Origin: Octopus vulgaris
Lineage: Eukaryota
DNA length: 64,000 nucleotides
NCBI GenBank assembly: GCA_951406725.2
Contig: OX597816.1
Span: forward strand, 116,870,001-116,934,000
Direction: 5' to 3'
Shown here one piece after another: positions 1 through 15,383 of the stretch. The translations under genes and the position numbers were made by a program. The notes beneath the pieces were generated by a model. It searched no databases. It worked only from the letters and a program-made list of their open reading frames with translations, and was not told the origin of the DNA. Numbering within the stretch: the stretch's first letter is position 1; each line of letters begins with the position of its first letter.

Positions 1-144
1 AAGAGAGATGAAATGATTGACAGGTAGGTAGGTACGTGTGTAGGTAGTCAGTTGGGCTGGTTTGGAGATTTGGATGGATGGATAGACAGATGTACAGACA
101 GGTAGATGGGCAGATAGGTAGATGGGTGGATATGTATGCGTATA

Positions 145-155
145 TAGATAGATAA

Positions 156-205
<50 letters not shown>

Positions 206-214
206 TGATAGATT

Positions 215-270
<56 letters not shown>

Positions 271-328
271 TAGATAAATAGGGAGATGAATGTATAAATA
301 GAGAGATAAATAGATAGTTAGACAGACT

Positions 329-415
<87 letters not shown>
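145..415. repeat. (GATA)n microsatellite
   Basis: Long runs of tagatagata. Similar arrays lie at 8605-9085, 27090-27150 and 38730-38815. Confidence 0.95.
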
Positions 416-799
416 TAGAGAAAAGACTGTGAGGAGAGGAGAAAGGAAATAGAAAGAGAATAAAGGTAAGGAAGTGAGAGTCATAAAACTGCAAATGAGA
501 AAGAATAAGTTAAGATTGGGATGGTAAATAAAGAATATTACTAATATAGAGGTGGCATTTCTCTGCAAACCAACTGGGACCATGAAACTTGCTTAAATAA
601 CTACACAGAGGAATTTACCGACATTAATCAGAGATAGATAGAAAACAATAAATAAATAGATGAATAAAATACAATAAAATAAATAAATATATGTATGTAG
701 AACTGATAACGATGATAATCTTAGTCAAAGAGTCTCAAGATCTTATTTCTCATCCAACCAACACTATATTCCAAACATCCACCTTTACATATATGTGTG

Positions 800-1290
<491 letters not shown>

Positions 1291-1506
1291 ATCCACATTT
1301 TTACACATATACATATAAGCCTTCCAAACTCGTGCACTCTAGTTACCCATTGCACCACATAAACACACTACTAACACCACTTACAGTAGCAACTCTTGTA
1401 CCACTGCCACCACCAATTATCGAGGGGGTGAATGAAAGTCAGCAGAATATTGGGGAAGAGATGTCCTGATAAAAGATATTTGTTACCTCTCTTACCCTGA
1501 TCACAC

Positions 1507-1574
<68 letters not shown>

Positions 1575-1783
1575 TACCATTGTATGGTTTAGATGGTTCA
1601 AGATTAACAAAGTGGGGTCTTCATATTTATGTCTGTAAGAACAGAGAGGGATTTTCGTTTTGTTATCTACAAAGGAGTCAGCAGATGAAATATATACATA
1701 TATGTGTATATATATACATAAATATATATGTGTGTGTGTATATATATATATATATAGGTATGTATATACCTACATATATGCAC

Positions 1784-1838
<55 letters not shown>

Positions 1839-2019
1839 TATGTATGTATGTAAGCATATCTCTGTATGCATACACATATACACGCATTGATGAGGATGCT
1901 AGAAGAGGAAAACTGACAAAGGTTTCAGATATTCACAACAGATCTGCATTCAATCAACACTGGCTCTTTGAGCACCTATCAGCAGGTCAATGGTAATTTC
2001 CAACTTGCAGTCTATTAGT

Positions 2020-2021
2020 TT

Positions 2022-2063
<42 letters not shown>

Positions 2064-2650
2064 CATGCATGCGTGTGTCTGTATGTGTGTGTGTTTGAAA
2101 ACAGAGGTATGGATATTTAGAAATTCTTTAGAAATTTCTCATCATTTCGTTTTGTCTTGTTCTCATATTCTCACTCTCTATGTTTCTGTCTGTTTGTCTA
2201 TCTGTCTTTCTTCTCACACCCTCTCTCTCTCTCTCTCTGTGAATATATGTGTGTGTTTGTGTGTGTGCGTATGTGTTGGTGCGTGTGTGTGTGTATCTGT
2301 GTGTATGTATATGTGTCTATGCATGTGTGTATGTATGGGTATGTGTGTGTATGTGTTTGTGCATGTGTGTGTGCATGTATGTGTATGTGTGTCTCTATGC
2401 ATGTGTGTATGTGTGTGAATGTGTGTGCATGTATGCATGAGTGTATGTATGAGTGTATGTGTGTGTGTGTCGTTATGTATATGTATGTGTGTATGCGTGT
2501 GTTTGTGTATGTGTGTGTATGCATATGTATGTGTATGTGTGTTTATGTGTGTGTATATGTTTTTATATGTATATGTGTATGTGAGCATGGATGAGTGTTG
2601 TAATGTGTGTGTGCATGTGTGTATGTGTGCAAGTGTGCATGACATAAGTG
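2020..2650. repeat. Degenerate (TG)n/(TATG)n compound microsatellite
   Basis: Direct reading. Source of the CVCV/HTHT ORFs. Confidence 0.9.
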
Positions 2651-2663
2651 CACATGTAGCTGC

Positions 2664-2815
2664 AGCACAGGCATGGCAAGGTGGTAAGAAGTATGCTTCC
2701 CAACCACAGGATTCTTGGTTCAGTTACACTGCATGGTTTCCTTTGCAAAAATGTCTTCTAGTACCAAAATTTTGTGAGTGGATTTGGTAGATAGAAACTG
2801 AAAGAAGCACATTGC
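2664..2815 (+). mobile_element. tRNA-SINE family A, old 5' half
   Basis: ggtaagaagtatgcttcccaaccac...gtgagtggatttggtagatagaaactgaaagaagc matches the heads at 4511 and 28980. Confidence 0.7.
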
Positions 2816-3039
2816 GTATATGTGTATGTGTATGTGTGTGTACATGTGTTTACAGGTGTGCACGTGTTTGTGTATGTGCATGTGTGTGTGAATGCGTGTG
2901 CGTGAGTATGTGTGTGTGTGTGTGTGTGCAAGTAGTCTTATTCATCTCAAATCTCCCATGAAACACATGTGTGTGTGTGCATGTGTGTATGTGCGTGTGC
3001 ACGTGTGTGTGTTTGTGCGCACGCGCATATGTGTATGTG

Positions 3040-3280
3040 CAAGCAATGTTATTCATCTCCAATTTTCCATGAAACATGTCTGGTCATGGGGGCGTTTTAC
3101 ATTACTTAAAAACCAGTAAGGTTTGATGGCAGGAAAGATATCCAGCAATAGAAAAATCTGCCACAACAAATTTCATCCAACTCATGCTAGCATGGTAAAC
3201 TGGACGTCAAAACAATGACAATGATGATGATGGTGGTGCTGGTGCTGGTTCTGATGCTGGTGGTGATGATGATGATGATG
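3040..3280 (+). mobile_element. SINE 3' part with RTE-like tail and (GAT)n
   Basis: ggcaggaaagatatccagcaatagaaa...catggtaaactggacgtcaaaac then (GAT)n. A reverse fragment lies at 3780-3810 (ttctacagctggatgcccttcctaatgc). Confidence 0.55.
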
Positions 3281-4254
3281 AATTTTGAGTTCTGGCATGG
3301 TTGTGATTAATAAGTTCCCTTCAGAACCACATGGTCAGGAGTTTGACGCCACTGTGTGGATGTGGTTGGCTAAAGCCCTATACTAGTCATAGGCAAACTG
3401 TATCCATGGGACTTTATGAATGGTATCACCTGTTGATGAGTCATGTCTCTTGTAACCCACTTCTCAAAAAATAGTTACCTATGCCTGCCCTATACAGGGG
3501 TGGACCGAGACCCATAGAGGCCCTATGCACTTAAAAAAATTTGGTACCCCCATATATGTGTAATTCAAAATATAAAAAATAATAAACCATAAAATAATTT
3601 TTTTTTTATCAAAATGAAACAAAACTAACAGTAAGGTGGAAATAATGCTTTTTGTTTTTGTCAATTTTGTATGCTTTCACTTCATTTATTTTTGAAAAAA
3701 ATTTCTCCTAATTTACTTAACTGCAAAGACTTTGGTAAGCCAAGGAGCTGCACTAGACTTGAGACTCACTTAGCAAGATTTCTACAGCTGGATGCCCTTC
3801 CTAATGCTTTCCTAATACATCTGATAATTATATTTATGATCATATAAACCACTTTGAATATCATTTTAGCAAGTTTAAAGTGATTTCATTTGTGTTGTAA
3901 ACCATTTACCATTTCTGTGATGCCTCCCCCACCAACCTACCTTCCTTTCATGTCCTAACCATATGCTTATTTTGCTTAATGTAATATGGAAGCATGCATT
4001 TCAGAGTGGTTATCTCATCCTCAGCACCAGAAACCTGAAAGGCAGACACTGTGAAATGACAAGGGAGGAAATCTCTCTTACTATATTCCTATCATTGGAC
4101 TATGAATGGTTGTGCAAGTCAGTGCAGTATATTCAAACCTATAAGAAAGCCATTCACTATAATTTGTCATGGAGAAAATTTTCTGCCATGGGCAGATTGG
4201 TGTTAACACACCAAGTATGTGTATATGTATATATACAAAGAAAGATTTCTCTCC

Positions 4255-4465
4255 ATGGTATCGTTGCCATGGCCGATGCCAGTACTGCCTGACTGGCACC
4301 CATGCCAGTGGCATATAAAAAGCACCATTTGAGCATGGTCAATACCAATGCTACCACACTGGCACCCATGTCGGTGGCATGTAAATGCACCATACGAGCA
4401 TGATTCATGCCAGTGCCACTTGACTGTCTCCCATGCCAGTGGCACGTAAAAAGCACCATTCAAGC
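4255..4465 (+). repeat. Degenerate tandem repeat (gccagtggcacgtaaaaagcacca unit), probably SINE-internal
   Basis: 3-4 imperfect copies of catgccagtggca(t/c)(a/g)taaa(a/t)gcacca. Confidence 0.65.
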
Positions 4466-4510
4466 ATATATGAATAAATAAATAAACAAATATATATATA
4501 TATACATTAG

Positions 4511-4900
4511 TGCAGGAATGGCTGAGTGGTAAGAAGCTTGCTTCCCAACCACATGGTTCAGGATTCAGTCCCACTGCATGGCACCTTGGCCAAGTGTCTT
4601 CTACTGTAGCTTTGGGCCAGCCAAAGCCTTGGGAGTTGATTTGGTAGACAGAATCTAAAAAAAAGCCCATTGTATGTATGTGTGTGTGTGTGTGTGTGCA
4701 TCTTTGTGTCTCTTCCCCCACCATCACTTGACAACCAATGTTGGTGTGTTTGCATCCCTGTAATTTAGCGGTTCAGCAAAAGAGAACAATAGAAGTACCA
4801 GGCTTACAAAAAAAGAAGTTCTGGGGTCGATTTCTTTGACTAAAAGACCTATTAAGGCAGAGCTCCAGCATGGCTGCAGTCAAATGACTGAAACAAGAAT
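4511..4900 (+). mobile_element. tRNA-SINE family A, full copy (head, internal (TG)n, CR1-like tail)
   Basis: A-box-like tggctgagtgg, internal microsatellite, and tail ...ctccagcatggctgcagtcaaatgactgaaacaag. Confidence 0.85.
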
Positions 4901-5325
4901 ATAAATATATAGATATATATATACGTTTAAATATTTGTTGTGCAAGATTTTTTATGTGAAGTCGTGTGTTGAAATAAATAACTATATATATATTTTTCGA
5001 TTCGATTTATTATTATTATTACTAGTATTGTTGTTATACATACATACATACATACAAGCATATGTAATGATAATAATGAGTGGATGTAAACACATGAACA
5101 AAATAAGAATAAACAAAATCAACAAAAACAAAAACAAAATACAAATTACATGAACATATATAAACAGAAGATACAAATATTACAGGCATCCCCCCACATA
5201 CACACACTAAATAAACATAGACGCACATAGAGATATAAGCATGTGCAAATGAAGACATACAATAGAAATACAAAATGGCTGACGGTTAGTAAGGAGAGAC
5301 ACAAATAAGAAAGAAGAAAACAAAG

Positions 5326-5369
5326 GACCACTGATGCGGTCACAGGAGTGTGACGAAAGAACTCTGGCC
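5326..5369 (+). ncRNA. Degenerate minimal hammerhead ribozyme
   Basis: gacca-CTGATGC-g-GTCAC-aggagt-GTGAC-GAAA-gaac-TC-tggcc. A9 is mutated. Related motifs at 55244-55285 (-) and 58667-58712 (-). Confidence 0.55.
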
Positions 5370-7041
5370 AAAATAAGATTAAGATTAATGTAAAAAATAA
5401 ATAACACTGAAGCAAAATAACACCAAATATATAGTGTGTGTGTTTTTATTGGCTAAACTGGCAATATGACCATTCCTAAATACAAAGATATATATATATA
5501 TATACATATATACATGCACACGCACACACACACGCACACACACACATACACACACATATACATATATGCACACAATGGGCTTCTGCATAGTTTCCTTCAA
5601 CCAAATTCACTAACAAAGCATTATTTGTTTTGCTATCTGATTGCAAAGTGAGCTTTTTGACAACACAAACAGAAATAGGGAGTAATTTGAAGGGGCTACC
5701 TTTAGAAGGTTGAGCAGCAATCTAGACATTCATATTTTTGGGTCATTGTTTGTTTGCAGATAAGGGGTCTTGTGAAAGGGGGCAGAAAAAAAAAACAAAG
5801 AAGAATTAGGAATAGATGAATGACAAGGTCTTATACAGAAACGTTTAACTTCCTGGAAGATGTCACACTAGGTCATGATGAACTGCAATGTGTCATACAA
5901 GGATGAAAAAACATGCTATAACAACAATGATGGTCATGATGATGACAATAATAATAATAATAATGGTGATGATGTATGCATATGTATATGTGTGTGTGTA
6001 TATGTACGTTTACATCCATCTATAGTTTTCAACAGTGGAGTAATTGGCAGAATCTAAGAGTGAAAGGAGAAGAGAAGAAAGTCAATTTGACTTGGTTCTA
6101 TGGCATCTGATCCTAAAGTTTAGAGAACATTAAACAGAAACCTGATTAAAAGAGTGTGTGTGTTTGTGTGTGCATGTGTGTGTGTGCATGTGTGTGTGCA
6201 TGTATGTGTGCATGTGTTTGTGTATATGTGTGTAAGTGTATGTGTTTGTATGTGTGCATGTGTGTATGTGTGTATGCATGCATGTGTGTTTGTAAGTATG
6301 CATGTGTGTGCATCTGTGAGTGTGTGTGTGTGTGTGCATGCATCTGTGAGTGTGTGTGTGTGCATCTGCAAGTATGTGTGTGTGCATGCATGTGTATGTG
6401 TGCTTGTAGATATTTGTGTAAGTCTGTGTGTTTGCACATGAATTTATGCATTATATATGCATGACATATTTATGAGGGGAGATATATACACATACGCAAG
6501 CAATATTATATATGTACATACACACCAACAAATATACATATATCAGCATATATATGTAATATATATATATATAAAGTACATATATATCTATATTTTCACA
6601 CATATATACATACATACATACATACATATATATATATAGATAGATAGATATATACAAGTGTGTGTATATATAGACAGATAGATACATAAGCATACATACA
6701 CACATATACATATACATATATATGTGCATGTGCAATATATATGTGTGTGTATGTGTTTATAAATATATATATATATATATACATAATATAAAATGATGTG
6801 CCTATTAGGATAAAAGAAGAAAACAAGAAAAAGAAAACAGAGAAAAAATGACTTAGAATAGACGAAGAGTGGCTTTATACACATTTACAATTTACACTAC
6901 ATGAGAACTAGTCCATTACCTCCATAGATAGGATCAAGAATGCACGCTCTCTGATGACTTTTGTCAACCATTTTAATCATATACATAAATTAGAAGAAAA
7001 TTTTTTGAATTCAAAAATAAAATAGTGGCAATGTATAAATA

Positions 7042-7098
<57 letters not shown>

Positions 7099-7178
7099 TA
7101 TAGATATATGCATGCATACATGTGTGTGTGTGTATATGTATATGTATGTATATATATATATATACATATATACATACA

Positions 7179-7209
<31 letters not shown>

Positions 7210-7215
7210 GCATGC

Positions 7216-7270
<55 letters not shown>

Positions 7271-7351
7271 CATACATATACATACATATACATACATAAT
7301 GTATATATATAGATAGATATATATGTATATATATATATATATGTATGTATA

Positions 7352-7413
<62 letters not shown>

Positions 7414-8604
7414 GTGAATGCATTTGAGTGTGTGCATGTGTGGTGAGGGTGTATATAAAACAATTAAATAATATCAGAGAGTAAAAATGATTTGTAATTA
7501 AAGTCTGTTAGAAAATGAAAATAACAATTGAAATAATTTAACAAAAAAAATATATAAAATATTTAAATGAAAATTAAATTGGAATAAAATAAGCACTAAA
7601 GAATTAAGATATTTAAAATAATAAAAAGAACGCCACCAACAGGGGAAAAAAAGCAACAAGATTTTGATTGAAATCTAGTTGTTACTGTTGTTGTATCAAA
7701 GTAAATGTAAAATATATATAGCAAGTAAAAATATCAGAGTTAATAGAAGAATGGAACTAAAGAAGAACACAAAAACATTTTTAAAAAAACAGTAATTAAG
7801 AAAAAGGGAAAGATCAGAGAAATAACCATTTCAGCAGATGTTGAAACAGTTAAGAAGAAAATCTCTGTAACAATTAAAGATAGAATAATACTAAATGTGT
7901 TTCGATGACCAAAACTCCACGTAATTAACAACAAAACAACACTGAATCACACGTACACATTCTCACACATATGCTCACATACACACACATACACACACAT
8001 ACACACACACACACTCACACAACACATACAGGTAAACTTTCACGTGCTCATATATGCACACAGCTGCACACTCGTACAAGTACAAATGTACATATACATG
8101 TATGTATGTTTATATGTGTGGAAACCAAGATGGTAAGAGACAAAGAGAAAGATAAACGACAAAGAGAAAGTGAGTAAATATGGAAATAGAGAGGTACAGA
8201 AATGCGGAAAATGAAATAGATAGATAAATAGAGAGAGAAAGAGAGAGAGAGAGAGATTCAGATGGATACATGAGCTGTTCAATAGGAAGACCAAGATAGA
8301 TACTGCAACAGATAGAAAGATAAAGAGATACAGAGAGAGAGATGGTTAGAGGTAGACAGATATAAATAGAAAGAAAGAGGGATATAAATCAATAGCAGGA
8401 GAGTGAGACAGAATGACAAAGAGACAGATATATATATATATACATGCATTTAGATATATAGATGGAGAGACAGAGACAGACAGATAGAAAGGAAAATAGA
8501 AAAGCAGAGCTAAATAGACTGGTGGAAGGTCACTCATATAGATAGGTTGATAAGAATATGTGAATATATCAACAGGTAGAAAGATAAATAGATAGATGAG
8601 TAAG

Positions 8605-8674
<70 letters not shown>

Positions 8675-8827
8675 GATAGATAGATAAGTGGAGGGAGAAA
8701 AGAGAGAGAGAATGATAAGATAAGTAGACACATAGATACATAGGTAGATAGATATATGGGTAGATAAATAGATGTGTAGATAGATTCGTGGGTAGATAGA
8801 TAGACAAACAGACGGACAGAGACAGAC

Positions 8828-8894
<67 letters not shown>

Positions 8895-8986
8895 CAGGTA
8901 GGTAGATAAACAGATAGATGCAGAGAAAAAGAAAACGAGAAAGAGAGAGAGAGAGGAAGAGAGAGAAAAGACATAGATACTGCAAC

Positions 8987-9084
<98 letters not shown>

Positions 9085-9189
9085 GACAAAAGTGTAAGCA
9101 AAAGAATAGATTAAATATGGATAGACCAAAAGAATGATGGAAAGTGAAAGAGATGTAAGATAAAGAGAAGAAAAATTACAGCCTGGAGG

Positions 9190-9780
9190 AGAGATGAGAA
9201 TGATGATAATGTTTATGATGATGACAATGTAGGCTACGAAGATCATGATGATAAGTCAATGATTATAACAGCATTGCAGACAATAATGACAACAACAATG
9301 ATAATGACAATGTCAACAGCAATGCTATCATCATCATCATGACATCATCGACAGAAGTGATAAGGATGATGATGATGATGATGACAAGATGGTAATGTGC
9401 TCATGATGATTATCATAATGGTGATAATCATGACAACTCTGTCAACAGCCATGATGATCATGACGATGATGATGATGATGATGACGACGACGACGACGAC
9501 GACGACGACGATGATGATGATAATGGTAATGAGGATGATGATGATGACAATGATGATGATGATGAAATGATGATGATGTGGTGGTGGTGAGCATTATCAT
9601 CTTCATCTTCATCCTCATAATAACAATGATGATGACGAGGATACTGACAATAAGAGTGATGACAATGATAATAATGATGATGGTGAAGACAATAATGATG
9701 AAGATAATGATGTTGATGATGATAAAGATGACGACAAATGTGATGACAAAGATGATGAAGAACTATGATTGTGGTGTTGT
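9190..9780. repeat. (GAT)/(GAC)/(AAT) trinucleotide mosaic
   Basis: Low-complexity tract. Confidence 0.85.
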
Positions 9781-10055
9781 CAGTGGTGACGTGAAAGAGA
9801 GGGGACAGGAGAGACGAGCAAGGGAGGAAAAAGTTTAGGAGGAGGAAAAAATTAATTATCCAAATTTAAACAAAGACGCACTTAACAAATTAAAGAAAAC
9901 CAAGGTTAAAAAAAAACAAGACAAACAAAAACAACATAAATGAAACATCACAAACCACATGCACAGATACAACAACAACATCAACAGCTCAAACAACTAC
10001 AACAACAACGACAACAAAATCATTTAAGAAGTAATAGAAATAAATACATAAGAAA

Positions 10056-10117
<62 letters not shown>

Positions 10118-10418
10118 GATGATGATATAAAAAGAAGAAAAAAAGGAGAAAGTAAACGGATGAGGGTTGGAGAAAAAAGCAAATAAAATAACGAATGAAA
10201 ATGTTATTACAAGTTAAATGTGACATCAGCTCATCTAACTGTACTGATTGAAGAAGTACAGTAACAATAGAATAACACTAAAGCAATTAACTACGCTAAT
10301 GTAAAAGACATCAGCTTAGTGGCTTTAAGAAGAACGGTGCAACTGGTCAGAAGAATGGTGAGAATAGTGTGTGTGTATACATGTATGTCAGTGTATGTGT
10401 GTGCATGTATATATGTAC

Positions 10419-10454
<36 letters not shown>

Positions 10455-10677
10455 GTATATGTATATACACACACATATGTATATATGTATATATGTATGT
10501 ACGTATATATATGCATATATGTATGTACATATACATATATATATATGCATATATGTATGTACATATATACATATATATATGTGTATGTATCTATGTATAC
10601 ACATATATGTGTATGTGTGTATATGTATACATGTATATATATGTATGTGTGTGTGCATGGTGTGTGTATTTGCATAA

Positions 10678-10723
<46 letters not shown>

Positions 10724-10905
10724 CCAAATACACATATATACATATATGCATGTATCTGGGCATATATATGCATATATACATTTATGCATGTATATGACAC
10801 GTGTCTGAATAAATATTTATTATAAATGTGCATTTGTTCTCTTCCTCTATATGTGTGTGTGCATGTGTATGTGTGTATCTATATGTATATATATATGTGT
10901 GTATC

Positions 10906-10938
<33 letters not shown>

Positions 10939-10997
10939 TCATATATATGTATATATATATTCATATATGTATATATACACACACACATATACGTGTG

Positions 10998-11035
<38 letters not shown>

Positions 11036-11472
11036 TTCATGAATGCTTGCATTTGTGCATGCATGTGCAGGTGTGTGCAGCATGTATACATACATACATA
11101 CACATGAGAACAAAAGAAGGACTAATCAGACATCACTAAAATTCATCAAATAATCACCAGTGAATGTAACCACTAAATATTTAGCAAATGAATTGTCCCT
11201 GGTACTTATTTTGTTCTTTTGCAGTTTGATGCATTACATTAAAGACTGTTTTAGCAGGTATCACTGTGCATCAGTTGCAGCTGTATGATTGCATGTCCTT
11301 GGATACATGCAAACACATATGCACTGAAGTAGATTCACATTCTTTCTGCATTGCCACTCACTGAAATGCACATACTTGCATAGACACAAATGTGGTATGT
11401 CTTCCGGTTTTTAGAATATGTACACAGTATATCAGCATGTTCAGATCTTTATAGAACTGCTCCTTGGTCTCT

Positions 11473-11509
<37 letters not shown>

Positions 11510-11511
<2 letters not shown>

Positions 11512-11700
11512 ATTCAGATAAACAAGCAATTCAAATAACTGAATAAAAACGGACAACATGAGGACGTGCATAAGAAATGCATTAACTTGACGCTCGGTGA
11601 AAGGAGAGAATGAGACGTTTCGTGTATAGCTTTTCGTCAGAAAGGAGAAAAGGAAAAGTCTAAAGAAGGAAAAGAAACCGCCAACGGCACTAGTGTAGTT
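11510..11700 (-). mobile_element. Penelope-like terminal module with degenerate hammerhead, next to (TA)n
   Basis: The minus strand reads CTGACGA-aaagctatacac-GAAACGTC followed by ccgagcgtcaagttaatgc, the same layout as 43083. Confidence 0.6.
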
Positions 11701-11879
11701 ATATTGCTGAAGTATATACACACGTACACACATGTGTATACCCACTTACATATGAATATCCACAGCATATGTGAAGCCAATGACTATGTTTGTACAATAT
11801 CTTAATCTTAATAAATTTCATAAATAGAAGTGGCCTAATATTCCGGTACAAAAATCACAAAAATGTATATAACAATGCA

Positions 11880-12200
11880 TAAACTATCATAGACGAAGAA
11901 CAATTCCCACAAACGCAACAGCAGTGTGACTGAAAATTTTCAAACGGAAATACAATATTACAAATGTGTTTTCCCATTCGGGTACATCAATAACAGAAAT
12001 GAGACAATAGTAACCGATTATATTATGCAACTAAAAGAAAATGCTTCCAATTGCAACATCAAATGGAAAATTGCGGAAATTAGTGCACCGATCTTTGCAC
12101 AATGGAGAAACGCTTCAGCCTTAGAAAAAGTCTACATAACAATAATTTCTCATACAAAACTAGGTCAGAAATTTTCGGGAAATACAGACATAGCGTGAAG
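11880..12200 (+). pseudogene. Penelope-like element GIY-YIG endonuclease C-terminal remnant
   Basis: ETIVTDYIMQLKENASNCNIKWKIAE...LEKVYI resembles the PLE pattern T.LS.YIW.LK...IKW.I...EK..I. Confidence 0.65.
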
Positions 12201-12395
12201 TATTAGTTACATTACTGGAGTTAATTACCTTTATCTGACGCATTATTACACGTCTACTTTTATCTGAAACACAGACACACACACGTATGTGTTTGTGTGC
12301 ATGTATGTGCATGTGTGTAGAGTTTTGTTAACTTGACACTTTACAAGTTTTTTTCTTAATTTTACCTTTTCTGGGTTTTTTTCCTTTCCTTTCTG

Positions 12396-12443
<48 letters not shown>

Positions 12444-12614
12444 TATATTTTCACATTTTGTCTTCAAGATTTCAAACTCAAAAGAAAATTACTTATGTAC
12501 CTTACTGAAAAATGAATATAATTCTCTTATTCATGCTGTAAAATTTTTGCTGCATAATCAGTGACTGATATATACTTACTGAGATATGAAATTTGAAATT
12601 ACCCTTATGTTGTA

Positions 12615-12645
<31 letters not shown>

Positions 12646-12649
12646 AGGA

Positions 12650-14080
12650 ACGTCGTTTATTGTGGTCACTTTATAACGAGGATAACTGCTTTAAAATTCA
12701 TTTTTAAATAAAGTATCTGGGACCTAATAATTTCGATAAGCTGTTAATTTAGATACGAAACTTGAAATTATTAAAAGATCCAAGCGAAGAGAAAGCAGTG
12801 CAACGCAGATTACTACTGTAATTCTGGTGTGGCTTTATCTACGCCTTTGTTTATGCAATATTGCGAACTCGAAATTCCAAACTGTTTAGACTAAAGATTA
12901 TTTAGCGAGTTGGTTAAAAGATTGTATTCAATAAATGATTCCATGTATTTAGCAATGATATTTGCGTACAGCCTGTTTTTACGAATTCTTGAAATAGGAT
13001 AACGTTACATTTACAGCAAGGGAAAACTGGTTTGAAAATGTTAAATATGGTATTGGATTGAACATTTCCAAAAATATTACGAAAGCATAATCGAAGGAAA
13101 CAATTATGACCATCGTTGAACATTCAGTATTATTGAGACTAGCCTTTGCTGGAACGAAAATGTCATCTAGAACATATATTGGCAATGCATAAACTATTGC
13201 CAATACTTGATACTAAAAAATCAGCACTGTAACGTGAGTGGTGTGGACCGTACGTGACAGCCAATTTTTAGTGAGGAGGTGGGGAACAAACATATGTTGA
13301 AAGTATGTTATGCTTCTGGAATGATAGCATGGATTTTGGAGCAGGGCGGGCAAAAATCCATGCTATGCCACTGAATATCAAGAGCTCGTATTACAATTTA
13401 CTTGAAGTCAATGTTGTTTAATTAAAATCATTGAGCTCGAAAAGACTACAACAAATAAGTTCTTTCGTCAATTGGCATTCAGTGTTAGTTGACATCTAAT
13501 AAGAGAAATAATTTAACTTTCAAAGCTTTCTTATTTCTATACAAATTTCCTTGGACTCACTAGATGCCTTATTGGATAATGAGGAAGTTTTCTTACAGCT
13601 AAATGCAATTTCGTTTTTGCAACTTATAGACAAATGTGATGTTTCTTCTTTCAAAGCTTTCTGTATCAGAACTTTGGCAAAAGAAGTTTAAGTTGAGACT
13701 AGAGAATGTGCTGTTGTATTTCAGGATTTTGGAATAACTTCAATATTAAGCACTTAGTTAAAATATTCATTACTCACAGAAAGAATTAAAATCCAGATGT
13801 AGTAGAGGTATTTAGAAGAAAAAACACTTGCCTGAAAGTGCTAATGATTTTCTTGGCTTTGAAATTCTAGTGAATAATGTAACTGAAGAAATTACTGTGC
13901 GGCTATTTGAAGAAGTTGATGCGGTGAATGTTCGGGAGTTATTGGGATATACACAGGAAAGAATCGGAGGATGATGTACTCTAGGAAATAGGACAAAACA
14001 GGAAATAGGACAAAACAGTTCATGCAACGGGAAACAATGGGGAGACTTTGAAGGAAAAAAAAGAAACAGTATAAAAAGAA
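12650..14080 (+). mobile_element. Tigger/pogo transposase fossil
   Basis: Fragments TFTARENWFENVK, FPKILR, IETSLCW..MSSRTYI, DFWNNFNI, NDFLGFE and FEEVDAVNVRELL, with many stops. Confidence 0.7.
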
Positions 14081-14132
14081 CTTAAAGGGCTTGTTTGCAT
14101 ATGCATTCACAGATATAAATATATATACAGAC

Positions 14133-14174
14133 AACTGTCCGACGAACGGGAACGTGAAACTCTGAGTAGCAGTT
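14133..14174 (+). ncRNA. Minimal type-I hammerhead ribozyme (U4C core)
   Basis: AACTGT-CCGACGA-ACG ggaa CGT-GAAACTC t GAGTA-GCAGTT. Stems I, II and III all pair, with a GUA cleavage triplet. A decayed copy lies at 29774-29815 (-). Confidence 0.75.
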
Positions 14175-14612
14175 TTTTTGTGTGATGTTTTGCAACCTTA
14201 ATAATAAAGCATATTATTCTACCTCTAGTATTCGAGAACTATTTTTCTCACCTTGTTTCACATTTATGTGCTTACTCTTGTATATATACATACATACATA
14301 TACCAGACTGTATATATATATATACATATATACATATACCGATGTGTGTGTAAACATATTTCTATGTTTGTTCATTAAGGCAAATGTAAGAAAAGAACTC
14401 AGTACGATTAAGTACAGAGCAGTTTATGTTTTTTGAGTTACAGTTTACAAAATTCATGTTGTTTCGGTATAACACTTTCGTCAGAATTGCTGGTGAGAAT
14501 ATAGGAGAAATTATAAATATAAAATATATGACGTGAAGTTGTCATAAAATAAGATTTGGAGAAAGAAATGAAACGATGGAGAAAAGAGAGAAAAAGCAAC
14601 GACGACGACAAG

Positions 14613-14676
14613 GAAGAAGAAGAAGAAGAAGAAGAAGAAGAAGAAGAAGAAGAAGAAGAAGAAGAAGAAGAAGAAG

Positions 14677-14706
<30 letters not shown>
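14613..14706. repeat. (GAA)n microsatellite
   Basis: Pure GAA run. Gives poly-E/F/L ORFs. Confidence 0.95.
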
Positions 14707-14707
<1 letters not shown>

Positions 14708-15163
14708 GAACAGAATAAATGAACGTAAGTGGAAAAATTTGAGAATGTGAGCGGGGCAAGATCCATAATCGATATTTAGTTTACATTATAAGGGCAAAAA
14801 AAATCGATGGAGCATTACATTTAAATTTTGGCCTCTATGAAGTATATGTCAAAGTTGTTTGTAAACAGGAAAATTGGAGGAAGTTAGAATTAGCTATGGC
14901 TGTGTGATATGGGTGCTGGTAATTAAGAAACCGTTTGGATGAAATTAAACGTAAAACTGCATGCTATGTAAGTAAATATACTATGAGCTTACAAGAATAA
15001 AGAGATATCAATGTGGATACCATTTACCAGAGAACATACGCAGATTATATGAGTGTTTATAAAGTAACTAATACGTGGGTGTACTAACGAGAAAATAAGA
15101 ACGAAATTATGTACAAGTGTGTTTGTAAAACAATTCATGTGCAATTACATATGTATACATACG

Positions 15164-15335
15164 AAAATAACTTCCAACGATATCAAATTTTGTTATATGC
15201 GTCAATAAAGAAAAATACTCAAAAGTGTACACACAATACAATAGTCTACTAGTAGTCTCTTGTTGGCATATCTATTAAAATACAAACAGACATGCAAGCA
15301 CATATACAATATACATGCATATGCATATACATACA

Positions 15336-15383
<48 letters not shown>

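Noticed and set aside
6945-6972. CTGATGA box (also at 53267 and 61742)
   Set aside because: No GAAA or stems in register, so not counted as hammerheads.
14511-14766. Poly-E / poly-F / poly-L ORFs
   Set aside because: Pure (GAA)n tract.
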